Shown here in pieces: positions 55,094 to 64,000 of a stretch of DNA of 64,000 bases (position 1 is the stretch's first letter; each line of letters begins with the position of its first letter). Position numbers and translations under genes: made by a program. Origin of the DNA: Deltaproteobacteria bacterium (GTDB lineage: Bacteria; Desulfobacterota; Syntrophorhabdia; Syntrophorhabdales; Syntrophorhabdaceae); the NCBI GenBank assembly GCA_029553295.1, contig JAKPCK010000051.1, positions 4,738 through 68,737 on the forward strand. Reading direction: 5' to 3'. The notes beneath the pieces were generated by a model, which saw nothing but the letters and a program-made list of their open reading frames with translations, had not been told where the DNA came from and did no database searches.

Positions 55094-55866
55094 GCTGTCT
55101 GCTTTTTCAGATTATCGATAATCTCTTCCACCTGAGACTTTACAATGCTATCCATGTCATAGGGGGATAGCCCAAGTCTGTCTGCCTCTAATATCTTTTC
55201 ATTAAAACTAATGGAGCCTATATATGGAAACCCCTTAAGGTTGTCCATTATAAGGGCTATATCCTCAGGGGATGCAATCTTGTTGCCCACTATAGACACA
55301 TTTTTTATACCCAAATCAGAGGCGAGCCTCTTTACCTGATGGGCAGTCTGGATACTCCTCTTGCCAGGTTCTACAACCACTATAAGGGAATCAATGTATT
55401 CTGTTGTCCCCCTGCCCAAGTGTTCGAGCCCTGCCTCCATATCCACTATAACATATTCATCCCTCTCTGTAAGGACATAAGAGATGAGATTCTTGAGGAG
55501 TACATTCTCGGCACAGAAACACCCCCCGCCACCCTTGGCAATGTTGCCCAGCACAACAAGCCTTATCCTGTTCATGACAGCAGAAAACCTCTCCGGTATA
55601 TCATCTACCCTGGGATTAAGCCTGAAGAATGACCCATACTCTCCTTTTTTTGACCCTGTCCTTTCCTCTATAAACTCCTCCATCTCGGCAAGGGGCTTTG
55701 CCTTTATCAATTCATCATCGGAAAAGCCTATGGCATCCCCCAGGTTTGAATCAGGGTCAGCATCTATGGCAAGGACCTTAAAGCCCCTGCTGTCAAGTAT
55801 TCTCGCCATAACCCCTGCAAGGGTTGTCTTGCCTACACCGCCTTTTCCTGAGATTGCAACCTTCAT
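55090..55866 (-). CDS. CooC-type (MinD/ParA-class) nickel-insertion ATPase homologue
   Basis: Deviant Walker A GKGGVGKTT and the CxC motif in GGGCFCAEN, which is characteristic of CooC/AcsF. Confidence 0.7.
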   Translation of the reverse strand: MKVAISGKGGVGKTTLAGVMARILDSRGFKVLAIDADPDSNLGDAIGFSDDELIKAKPLAEMEEFIEERTGSKKGEYGSFFRLNPRVDDIPERFSAVMNRIRLVVLGNIAKGGGGCFCAENVLLKNLISYVLTERDEYVIVDMEAGLEHLGRGTTEYIDSLIVVVEPGKRSIQTAHQVKRLASDLGIKNVSIVGNKIASPEDIALIMDNLKGFPYIGSISFNEKILEADRLGLSPYDMDSIVKSQVEEIIDNLKKQTA

Positions 55867-55895
55867 GGACTATCCTTTAATCCCCCTTTATTACA

Positions 55896-56630
55896 TCAAA
55901 TAAGATTTTTTAACAATTTGTAGGATTTTATCTCCACGTCAAGATGAAAGGATATAAAACCCTCCATAATATCCTGGGCATAGGTTAAAAAATCAAGATC
56001 ACCATTGCATCTATCTCCTCTAACAAAAGAAGACAGACCCCGTATTATACCTCTGGGATAAGATTTAAAAGGAATTGCCTGAGAGCATACAGGACATAGT
56101 ATACCCCCTCTCTCCCTTGAAAAAAAGACCTTGTCTTCATCTGGCACATCTCTACCACACTGTACACAGGTATTAAAATTGGGCATAAAGCCGAGACAAC
56201 CCAATATCCTCAGCAGATAAAACACTATATCCGATGAGGTAAACTCTATGTTTTTTACATCATCCAATATGCCCTTTAGGCCGTTAAAAAGCTCTATATT
56301 CCTCTCGCCTTCCTTTGTAAGCTTATCGGCAAACTCAACAAAAAAACTGGCAGTGCATATCCTCTTGAGGTTTAACTCTATCCCGCTGTTGGATTCAATG
56401 ATATCAGCATTCTCTATCCTTGCCATGGTCTTGGTCTGCTTCTTAAAATACTCTATCCGGATATGGTTAAAGGGTTCAAGGGTATTCATAAATCGCTTCT
56501 GGCTCTTGCTGCCCCCCTTTGCTATAGCAGTAATCTTACCCCCTGACAGGGTAAAGAGCCTTACGATCCTATCAGATTCACCATAGGCCTTTTTCGTCAA
56601 TACTATTGCCTCATCTTTCTGTAGCGGCAT
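55896..56630 (-). CDS. recO: DNA repair protein RecO
   Basis: N-terminal OB-fold region EAIVLTKKAYGESDRIVRLFT. Zinc-finger cysteines CVQCGR...CPVC. Confidence 0.9.
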   Translation of the reverse strand: MPLQKDEAIVLTKKAYGESDRIVRLFTLSGGKITAIAKGGSKSQKRFMNTLEPFNHIRIEYFKKQTKTMARIENADIIESNSGIELNLKRICTASFFVEFADKLTKEGERNIELFNGLKGILDDVKNIEFTSSDIVFYLLRILGCLGFMPNFNTCVQCGRDVPDEDKVFFSRERGGILCPVCSQAIPFKSYPRGIIRGLSSFVRGDRCNGDLDFLTYAQDIMEGFISFHLDVEIKSYKLLKNLI

Positions 56631-56871
56631 ATTATCCTTAACTCCCTAAATCCACAATGGTTTCACGGTTTTCCCCCAGGGCAATACCTTTAGGTCTATT
56701 ATGGATAATACCATTTATTTTTCTGTTTTTCCATTGTGGTCTTTTAAAAAATAAGAGTTTTGTGGATATATGCCCATGTCACGGAAGATAAAACAAGGGT
56801 GTTTAAGAGACATACAAAAAATTAACTTTAAATTGGCAAGGGCATTTGATATAAAAAAACATGGAGGTCAT

Positions 56872-57678
56872 ATGAAAAAAATAGGGATAATAGGTCTTGG
56901 CAATATGGGTGAGGCTATATTAAAGGCGCTTCTTAATGCCAATTATAAGACAGAGGATATAGTCTTCTACGAGATAAAGAAAGAAAGGGCAAAATACATA
57001 GAAGAGCTATACAGAATCCGTTGCCTTGACTCTTATGGAGACCTTATAAGAGAATCAGGGTATATAATAGTAGCGGTTAAGCCCCAGGATGCAAGACAGA
57101 CCCTTACCGGGATTGCGCCATTGATAGATGAAAAAAAGGTAATCATCTCTGTCATGGCAGGGATTAAGATATCCAACATACTATCTGTCACAGATAGGCC
57201 TATCAAGGTTATAAGGGCAATGCCCAATATATGCGCAAAGGTAGGTGAGGCAGCAACGGGTATTGCAGCAGGAAAGGGCATAGAAGAGGCAGAATTAAAG
57301 GATGCCAGAGAGATATTTTCATGCCTGGGCAGTGTTATAGAGGTAGGGGAAGAACTCATGGATGCTGTAACTGCCCTCGGAGGAAGCGGTCCTGCATTCT
57401 TTCTGTTTTTCCTTGAGGCCATGATAGATGCAGGTGTAAAGATGGGTATACCAAGAGAAAAATCAAAGGCCATGTCCATACAGGTGATAAAAGGGACTAT
57501 AAAGATGCTGGAGGAAGAGGATGTGCACCCCAGTATCTTGAGGGAGATGGTTACCTCACCTGGGGGCACGACCATAACAGGGCTTACACATCTTGAAAAA
57601 AAGGCATTCAAGGGCAGCATCATAACTGCCATTGAAAAGGCTGCAAAAAGGGCTGGTGAGCTTTCTTCATGGCTATAG
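56872..57678 (+). CDS. proC: Pyrroline-5-carboxylate reductase
   Basis: [16 protein letters not shown] Rossmann start preceded by GGAGG. SPGGTT motif. The ORF track begins upstream at 56770. Confidence 0.9.
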   Translation: MKKIGIIGLGNMGEAILKALLNANYKTEDIVFYEIKKERAKYIEELYRIRCLDSYGDLIRESGYIIVAVKPQDARQTLTGIAPLIDEKKVIISVMAGIKISNILSVTDRPIKVIRAMPNICAKVGEAATGIAAGKGIEEAELKDAREIFSCLGSVIEVGEELMDAVTALGGSGPAFFLFFLEAMIDAGVKMGIPREKSKAMSIQVIKGTIKMLEEEDVHPSILREMVTSPGGTTITGLTHLEKKAFKGSIITAIEKAAKRAGELSSWL

Positions 57679-58322
57679 ACGAATTTTTTGGAAAAAGACA
57701 ACAGATGGTGGATACTCAGCTCATAAAAAGGGGCATTACTGACCCCAGGGTACTCCAGGCCATGAGAAAGGTGCCAAGACACCTCTTTATCGACAGCGCC
57801 CTCTGGTCACAGGCTTATGAAGACCATCCACTTCCCATAGGGGAAAAACAGACCATATCCCAACCATACATAGTTGCCCTAATGACAGAGGCATTAAGGC
57901 TTCAGGGACACGAAAAGGTGCTGGAGATAGGCGCAGGTTCAGGATACCAGACTGCCATACTTGCTGAGCTCGCAGAACAGGTCTATTCTATAGAGAGGCT
58001 CCCTGCCATTGCAAAAAATGCAAGAAAGATTCTGGATAAACTACAATACAGAAATGTTGTCATAACAGTAAGCGACGGGACAACAGGCTGGAGGGAATAT
58101 AGCCCTTTTGATGCCATTATTGTCACTGCTGCTGCACCCCATATACCCCAGCCACTTTTTGAACAGTTAAAGATAGGTGGCAGGCTTGTAATACCTATAG
58201 GAGGAGAGTTTTCGCAGGACCTTATGGTCTATACAAAGACAGGTGAGTCCAGTTCTGAAGTGGAGAATCTTGGTGGCTGCAGGTTTGTCAAACTTATAGG
58301 GTCACAGGGTTGGAAAGAGTAA
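57669..58322 (+). CDS. pcm: Protein-L-isoaspartate O-methyltransferase
   Basis: [14 protein letters not shown] and [16 protein letters not shown] motifs. Confidence 0.9.
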   Translation: MAIDEFFGKRQQMVDTQLIKRGITDPRVLQAMRKVPRHLFIDSALWSQAYEDHPLPIGEKQTISQPYIVALMTEALRLQGHEKVLEIGAGSGYQTAILAELAEQVYSIERLPAIAKNARKILDKLQYRNVVITVSDGTTGWREYSPFDAIIVTAAAPHIPQPLFEQLKIGGRLVIPIGGEFSQDLMVYTKTGESSSEVENLGGCRFVKLIGSQGWKE

Positions 58323-59188
58323 AGAGCTCGGATAGAGATAAAAATAAAAATATCGTGGACGAGGAGTTCAGGGTAGAGAGGCTCTACATGAGAGACTTGA
58401 TGAGGCTCCCTGTTTTAAGCCAAGAGGACGAAAAGGCAATGGCAGAGAGGGTGGCAAAGGGCGATGTAGAGGCAAGAAAAAAGATGATAGAGGCAAATCT
58501 AAGGCTTGTAGTAAAGATTGCAAAGAAATATGTAAATCAGGGGCTGTCAAGCCTTGACCTAATAGAGGAGGGTAATTTAGGTCTTATAAGGGCAGTGGAA
58601 AAATTTGATCTGGCAAAGGACTGCAGGTTTTCCACATACGCCACATGGTGGATAAAACAATCTATAGAAAGGGCCATAGCAAATCACTCAAGGACAATAA
58701 GGCTACCTGTCCATATCACATCAAAGGTCTACAAGATATCAAGGCACATCAGCGAATTTACAGAGATACATGGAAGGGAACCCACACCAGATGAGCTTGC
58801 ATCCAAAACAGGGCTCTCTGTAGATTTCATAAAAAACCTATATTCCTTTGTGGTAAAGGCCTACTCCTTAGAGACCATAATAGATGAGGATGGCAAGATT
58901 ACCATTGAGGACACGCTCCAGGATAATTCAACACAAGAACCCCTATCTGCCCTTGAACAATCCAAGAGGACCGAGGAGATTGCATCGTGGCTGGAGACAC
59001 TAACTAGCGATGAGAAAAAGGTCATAACACTGAGGTTCGGCCTTGACGGCGATGAGCCCCAGACCCTCGAGGCAATAGGTAAACAATTCGGCGTTACAAG
59101 GGAGAGGATCAGGCAGATTGAACAGAAAAGCCTCAATAAACTCCGTAAGATAGTCAAGAGAAAAAATATTGAAAGAGACAGCATATAA
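58310..59188 (+). CDS. Sigma-70 family RNA polymerase sigma factor (group 2, RpoS/RpoD-like)
   Basis: Region 2 [18 protein letters not shown]...[13 protein letters not shown]. Region 4.2 [26 protein letters not shown] start at 58310, with a GTG at 58355 as alternative. Confidence 0.85.
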   Translation: MERVKSSDRDKNKNIVDEEFRVERLYMRDLMRLPVLSQEDEKAMAERVAKGDVEARKKMIEANLRLVVKIAKKYVNQGLSSLDLIEEGNLGLIRAVEKFDLAKDCRFSTYATWWIKQSIERAIANHSRTIRLPVHITSKVYKISRHISEFTEIHGREPTPDELASKTGLSVDFIKNLYSFVVKAYSLETIIDEDGKITIEDTLQDNSTQEPLSALEQSKRTEEIASWLETLTSDEKKVITLRFGLDGDEPQTLEAIGKQFGVTRERIRQIEQKSLNKLRKIVKRKNIERDSI

Positions 59189-60710
59189 CAAAAGCCCGAC
59201 CCCAAACCCTGCAAGGGAGATTATAAGAAAGGGTTCTGTGATAACCCTTATCACCATTATCAGCAGGCCCCTGGGCTATATAAGGGAGGCTATACAGGCA
59301 TACCTGTTCGGTGCAACCATGCTGGTAGATGCCTTTGTCGTGGCCTTTAACTTTCCTGAGCTTATACAGACCCTGTTTTTTTCAGGGGCTACAAGTGCAT
59401 TCCTGATCCCTGTATGCGCCAGATACCTCAATGACGATAGGGAGTTTTCCCGCGTATATTCCATATTCATGAACCTTGCCATTATTGTAACCGTATTCAT
59501 CTCTGTTGTATTTTTCATAACAAGCGGTTTTATAGTTGATATTATAGCGCCTGGTTTTAACCCTGCTACAAAGACGGTTACCAGGTATCTCTTCCTCATA
59601 ATGATACCTGTTATACTCCTCCATACTATCCTATCTGTTATGAAGGCATTTCTAAATGCACGGGAACACTTTGCATCCCCGGAGTTCTCAGGTATACTCT
59701 GGAATATAGTATTTATAGCCGCTGCCGTAATGTTGAGCAAGAGATACGGCATCTATAGCCTTGCCATCGGCGTGACTGCCGGTTCTGTAATGCAGATATT
59801 GATCCAGTTTCCATATCTCAAAAAATTTAATATCCGCTACATAAAGACCATGTCTTTCAGCCACCCCTCTGTAACAGAGGCAAAAAGGCTGTTTACAGGG
59901 GCAATGATAGCCACATCCATAGTGCCTATAAACAGCTTTATAGGCAGGATAATAGCTTCTTATCTACCCCATGGTGAGGTGGCATCCCTCTCATATGCCT
60001 TCAGGATATTTATCCTGCCCTTCAGTCTCTTTGCCGTCCCTATATATACTGTCATGTTCTCGAAACTGGCAAGGCTCTACCACGACAGGGATTTTAAGGG
60101 TATCCATGCCCACATAAGCAGCTCCCTTGTCCTGCTATGTATAACATTAATCCCATCCACCATACTCCTGTGTAGCATCGGAGACCTGACAATAAGACTC
60201 CTATACCAAAGAGGTGCATTCACCCCTTACGATACCCTGCTCACAAACAGGGCACTCTTTGGATACAGCATAGGTCTTGTCTTCTATGCCCTCTCCATCT
60301 GTTTTGTCAGGATATTTAATGCCATGCATGACATGAAGACCCCGGCCATAGTGGGCATAATCTCCATATTGATAAATGCCGGGCTTGCCATTGTCCTTAT
60401 GAATCCCCTGAAAAACCTCGGTATCTCCCTTGCCACATCCATATCGTCTTTTTTTAATTTCTCCATCCTCTTCTTTTATCTCCGCAAAAGGATAGACTAC
60501 AGGTTGTCAAGACATGCCATAAGAGACATCATAAAATCCCTGGTTGTAGGAATAGCACTCTTACTGGCAATCTATTTATCAAGACACATGCTTGCCACAA
60601 GGCCATACACAGTACTTATACTCTCCATAGTCCTTACAGTATTATTCTACGGGATAAGCTTTAAGGACTACTACAGGGGTCTAATTAAGAAAAAACTGGA
60701 CAAGGCGTAA
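59169..60710 (+). CDS. murJ: Lipid II flippase MurJ (MviN)
   Basis: 14-TM MOP-superfamily pattern, with N-terminal [21 protein letters not shown] start overlaps the sigma gene by 20 nt. Confidence 0.9.
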   Translation: MKETAYNKSPTPNPAREIIRKGSVITLITIISRPLGYIREAIQAYLFGATMLVDAFVVAFNFPELIQTLFFSGATSAFLIPVCARYLNDDREFSRVYSIFMNLAIIVTVFISVVFFITSGFIVDIIAPGFNPATKTVTRYLFLIMIPVILLHTILSVMKAFLNAREHFASPEFSGILWNIVFIAAAVMLSKRYGIYSLAIGVTAGSVMQILIQFPYLKKFNIRYIKTMSFSHPSVTEAKRLFTGAMIATSIVPINSFIGRIIASYLPHGEVASLSYAFRIFILPFSLFAVPIYTVMFSKLARLYHDRDFKGIHAHISSSLVLLCITLIPSTILLCSIGDLTIRLLYQRGAFTPYDTLLTNRALFGYSIGLVFYALSICFVRIFNAMHDMKTPAIVGIISILINAGLAIVLMNPLKNLGISLATSISSFFNFSILFFYLRKRIDYRLSRHAIRDIIKSLVVGIALLLAIYLSRHMLATRPYTVLILSIVLTVLFYGISFKDYYRGLIKKKLDKA

Positions 60711-60991
60711 AGATGCAGAACTCACCCAGCCCGCATCATTGCCTCATCAGTGCGAATACACCCCAGCCCAGGTATTCACGGGTGTAAGGACGTAGCGCAC
60801 GGGCTCCGAGGTAAGTTTAGCCCGAACCGCTGCCGAGGTCGAGTACACTGGCTCCCTGCTTACGGTTTAAATGAAAAAAAATCAAATATCATGTTTTGTA
60901 TTGACATATAATCTTCTAAGTTATAAGAAGGATATATCTATTGCTAAATACCACTTAGAGATCCCATTGCAGTAATCGAAGGAGGTCAATA

Positions 60992-62596
60992 TTGACCAGG
61001 CAAAAGAATAATGTAAGTACGGCGAATAAAACCGGAGCCATAATAGGCTATGAGGCTGAGCTCTGGCAAATGGCAGATGCCCTGCGTGGCTCCATGGATG
61101 CCGCGGAATACAAGCACGTTGTGCTGGGTTTGATTTTTCTCAAGTACATCTCCGATGCCTTTGAGGAGCATCACCTAAAACTTGAAGTCGAACGGGAAGA
61201 GGGCGCTGACCCGGAAGACCCGGACGAATACCGTGCCTTCAACATCTTCTGGGTTCCACCCGAAGCCCGCTGGCAGCGTATCCAACAAAACGCCCGCCAG
61301 CCAAGTATCGGCCAAATCGTAGATGAGGCAATGGAAGCCATAGAGCGTGACAATCCTTCTCTTAAAGGTGTACTGCCAAAGGATTATGCGCGACCTGCCC
61401 TTGACAAGCAGCGGTTGGGACAGCTCATTGACCTTGTATCAAACATACGCGTGGGCGATGCCGAAGCACGTTCTAAAGATATGCTGGGGCGGGTTTACGA
61501 GTACTTCCTCGGTCAGTTTGCCAGTGCCGAAGGCAAAAAAGGCGGTGAGTTCTATACCCCGCATTGTATTGTCCGTTTGCTGGTAGAGATGTTAGAGCCA
61601 TTCAAGGGCCGCATCTATGATCCCTGTTGCGGCTCTGCCGGGATGTTCGTGCAGTCAGTGGAGTTCATCGAGGCCCACGCCACAGGCAACGGCAACGGCG
61701 GCCGCGCCCACTCCCAGATCAGCATTTACGGCCAGGAGTCGAACTACACCACCTGGCGCCTGGCAAAAATGAATCTGGCTATCCGCGGCATAGATGGTCA
61801 GATCGTACAGGGCGACACCTTCCACAACGACCGCTTTCCCGACTTGAAGGCTGATTATATCCTTGCCAACCCACCCTTTAACATGAAGGATTGGGGTGGC
61901 GAGCGCTTGCGGGAGGACAAACGCTGGAAGTACGGCGTGCCACCTGTGCGCAATGCAAATTTTGCCTGGGTGCAGCACATGATCCATCACCTGGCACCCA
62001 CAGGCTATGCAGGCTTTGTTCTTGCCAACGGTTCCATGTCTTCCAATCAGGCTGGCGAAGGTGAAATCCGAAAGAACATCATTGAAGTGGACCTTGTTGA
62101 CTGCATGGTGGCTTTACCCGGACAACTGTTCTACTCTACCCAGATTCCAGCCTGCCTGTGGTTTCTTGCCAGAGACAAAAGCGGGCGACCTCCTACAGGG
62201 CAGGCTAAACAGTTACGGGATCGCCGGGGTGAGGTGCTTTTCATAGATGCCCGCAAGATGGGTCGCATGGTGGACCGCACCCATCGGGAACTCACAGACG
62301 AAGAAATCCAGCAAATCGCCCGCACGTACCACGCCTGGCGTGGAGAGCCCGATGTCGGGGAATATGAGGATACCCCCGGCTTTTGCAAGAGCGCCACACT
62401 TGACGAAATCCGCAAACACGGCTATGTGCTTACCCCTGGCCGCTATGTGGGCTCTGAAGTGCAAGACGAAGATGACGAGCCGTTTGATGAGAAAATGGCA
62501 AGGCTTGTTGCGCAACTACGCGAGCAGCAGGTTGAAGCCCGACGGCTGGAGAAGATGATCTGGGAGAATTTGAAGGAGATTGGGTATGGGGAGTGA
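60992..62596 (+). CDS. hsdM: Type I restriction-modification system methyltransferase subunit HsdM
   Basis: N-terminal HsdM domain [35 protein letters not shown] motif [10 protein letters not shown]. Catalytic NPPF. TTG start 6 nt after AGGAGG. Confidence 0.95.
   Translation: MTRQKNNVSTANKTGAIIGYEAELWQMADALRGSMDAAEYKHVVLGLIFLKYISDAFEEHHLKLEVEREEGADPEDPDEYRAFNIFWVPPEARWQRIQQNARQPSIGQIVDEAMEAIERDNPSLKGVLPKDYARPALDKQRLGQLIDLVSNIRVGDAEARSKDMLGRVYEYFLGQFASAEGKKGGEFYTPHCIVRLLVEMLEPFKGRIYDPCCGSAGMFVQSVEFIEAHATGNGNGGRAHSQISIYGQESNYTTWRLAKMNLAIRGIDGQIVQGDTFHNDRFPDLKADYILANPPFNMKDWGGERLREDKRWKYGVPPVRNANFAWVQHMIHHLAPTGYAGFVLANGSMSSNQAGEGEIRKNIIEVDLVDCMVALPGQLFYSTQIPACLWFLARDKSGRPPTGQAKQLRDRRGEVLFIDARKMGRMVDRTHRELTDEEIQQIARTYHAWRGEPDVGEYEDTPGFCKSATLDEIRKHGYVLTPGRYVGSEVQDEDDEPFDEKMARLVAQLREQQVEARRLEKMIWENLKEIGYGE
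62571..62594 (+). repeat. Left copy of a 24-bp direct repeat (tgaaggagattgggtatggGgagt) at the hsdM 3' end
   Basis: 23/24 identical to 63682-63705. Encodes ..KEIGYGE and contains the ATG of the next gene. Confidence 0.9.
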
Positions 62597-63713
62597 TAAA
62601 GGAAAAATAGATTTTCAGAGATTGGTTTCCACCATTGCAGAAATCGACCGCCAGCTTTTTGCACAAGCAGGAAAGGCAGTTAATGTTAGTCTAACCCTTC
62701 GCAATTGGTTCATTGGTCTACACATCGCTGAATATGAACTTCACGGCTCTGATCGCGCAAAATACGGGGAGAATCTACTGAATGAGCTTTCACAGGAGTT
62801 AAGAATGAAAGGCATTAGCAATACCGGTCGTCGACAGTTATACAATTATCTATCTTTTTATCGTGTTTATCCTCAAATAGTGCGTACATTGCCCGCACAA
62901 TTGCGATATCTCCTCCCGGCGCCTGTTTCTAAAATACAAAAAGTGCGGACACTGTCCGCACAATTAACGCTTCGGCCTAAAGATCTTCTTACGAAATTTT
63001 CTTATAGCCACCTGGAATTATTAGTCAGCATTGATGACCCCCTTAAACGCGCCTTTTATGAAATCGAATGCCTTCGTGGTAATTGGTCTGTGCGAGAATT
63101 GAAACGCCAGATGGTAAGTCTATACTATGAACGATCCGGACTTTCCAGAGACAAGAAAAAGTTAGCAGAACTTGTACATGCAGGGGCTGAAGTGGCTGAT
63201 CCGCGTCTTGAGATTCGCGACCCTTATGTGTTCGAGTTTCTTGGAATAAAATCAAAAGAAGTTATGGCTGAATCGGATCTGGAAGATGCCCTTCTCGACA
63301 AAATACAGGACTTTTTACTCGAACTTGGACATGGCTTCTGCTTTGAGGCACGACAAAAACGAATTCTTATCGGCAAAAAGCTGGTTTATATTGATTTAGT
63401 TTTCTACCATCGAATACTTAAATGTCATGTGTTGATTGAACTGAAGGTCGATGAGTTTAAACACGAACATCTCGGACAGCTCAATACATATGTAAGTTGG
63501 TATCGCAAAAATATGATGGCTGATGGAGACAATCTTCCAATTGGCATCCTCCTTTGCACACAAAAAGACCATACGCTAGTTGAATATGCGTTGGCAGGTA
63601 TGGACAACCGGCTCTTTGTTTCAAAGTACCAGCTTGAACTTCCAAAGAAGGATGAAATGGAGCGGTTCCTTGAAGAACAAATGAAGGAGATTGGGTATGG
63701 AGAGTATTGTTAG
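62586..63713 (+). CDS. YhcG/DUF1016-like PD-(D/E)XK nuclease-fold protein
   Basis: N-terminal helical domain ([16 protein letters not shown]) and C-terminal [20 protein letters not shown] (D...E-x-K). ATG overlaps the hsdM stop by 11 nt. Confidence 0.75.
   Translation: MGSDKGKIDFQRLVSTIAEIDRQLFAQAGKAVNVSLTLRNWFIGLHIAEYELHGSDRAKYGENLLNELSQELRMKGISNTGRRQLYNYLSFYRVYPQIVRTLPAQLRYLLPAPVSKIQKVRTLSAQLTLRPKDLLTKFSYSHLELLVSIDDPLKRAFYEIECLRGNWSVRELKRQMVSLYYERSGLSRDKKKLAELVHAGAEVADPRLEIRDPYVFEFLGIKSKEVMAESDLEDALLDKIQDFLLELGHGFCFEARQKRILIGKKLVYIDLVFYHRILKCHVLIELKVDEFKHEHLGQLNTYVSWYRKNMMADGDNLPIGILLCTQKDHTLVEYALAGMDNRLFVSKYQLELPKKDEMERFLEEQMKEIGYGEYC
63682..63705 (+). repeat. Right copy of the 24-bp direct repeat (tgaaggagattgggtatggAgagt) at the 3' end of the DUF1016-like gene
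   Basis: See the left copy. It again encodes ..KEIGYGE and contains the ATG of the following gene. Confidence 0.9.
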
Positions 63714-64000
63714 ATTGCCTTCTTCCAAAGATATTAAAAAGCGAATCATAGATGCGATTGTTGCCTTATACCGGTATGATCATGAATTGATCGATAAAAA
63801 CGCAAACGAACGTTCCATTACACATAAGTTAGCTGAACATCTTCAAAAGGAATTTCCATATTGGCATGTGGATTGTGAATATAATCGATACGGCGATGAA
63901 ACAAAACGACTTTTGGATTCTAAAATAGTTTTTCCAGACATTATTATTCATCACCGCGGAAAAAATGAGAACCTTGTTGTTATCGAAGTTAAGAAACAGT
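63697..64000 (+). CDS. Uncharacterised protein with PD-(D/E)XK-like motif (3' partial, runs off the window)
   Basis: [10 protein letters not shown]...HVDCEYNR...FPDIIIHHRGKNENLVVIEVKK fits a D / D-x(n)-E-x-K nuclease core. Open to the end of the window. Confidence 0.5.
   Translation, partial: MESIVRLPSSKDIKKRIIDAIVALYRYDHELIDKNANERSITHKLAEHLQKEFPYWHVDCEYNRYGDETKRLLDSKIVFPDIIIHHRGKNENLVVIEVKKQ

Noticed and set aside
57033-57782. 249-aa minus-strand ORF covering proC
   Set aside because: It is long but antisense to proC, which has a clear Rossmann start with a GGAGG RBS. It is Ser/Ala/Pro-rich and has no motifs.
60713-60870. GC-rich segment after murJ as a tRNA, tmRNA or other structured RNA attachment site
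   Set aside because: I could not fold a cloverleaf and found no T-loop (GTTCRANYC) or other conserved RNA core. A protein-coding relic (VLDLGSGSG) explains part of it better.
61655-62666. Several 75-111-aa ORFs on both strands within hsdM
   Set aside because: High GC content suppresses stop codons in off-frames. All overlap the well-supported hsdM frame.

Overview
The window is a densely packed chromosomal segment of about 60 genes. GC is roughly 42-45% by hand count. The organism looks like an anaerobic diderm bacterium. Lnt, LolA, an Mla/MCE transporter, TatAC and PBP1A point to a diderm envelope. An AhbA/B-like siroheme decarboxylase, a CooC-type ATPase, 4-hydroxybutyryl-CoA dehydratase and radical SAM genes point to anaerobiosis. 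Taxon cannot be fixed without a database search.

Most of the window is housekeeping:
- recB(partial)-recD
- ThiS/ThiF-like pair
- phosphofructokinase
- mlaEFD plus a repeat protein
- alr-hemL
- gpmA
- AmmeMemoRadiSam genes packed behind a PBP1A gene and a membrane spermidine-synthase-like gene
- miaA-scpB-pilT-pilU
- sucCD
- gntR-abfD
- phoH-pgpH-ybeY-lnt
- tatAC
- gpsA, gyrA, htpX
- rsmB-PASTA-rpe
- ftsK-lolA
- plsC, recO, proC
- pcm-sigma-murJ

No rRNA, tRNA, CRISPR or transposase was recognised.

The last ~3.3 kb (from ~60.7 kb) is a compositionally distinct type I R-M island: hsdM, a DUF1016/YhcG-like nuclease cassette bracketed by a 24-bp direct repeat, and a partial PD-(D/E)XK gene.

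Other points worth a second look:
- both AmmeMemoRadiSam proteins carry export signals
- a ~17-fold hydrophobic-Pro repeat protein closes the Mla operon
- an unlisted 30-codon bS22-like ORF
- a recurring family of 7-nt tandem arrays at gene 3' ends
- a GlmU-like gene lacking the acetyltransferase half
- an rsmB N-terminal domain with no canonical start codon
- a kinase-less PASTA protein in the PrkC synteny slot

All functional calls rest on motif reading by eye. No searches were run.
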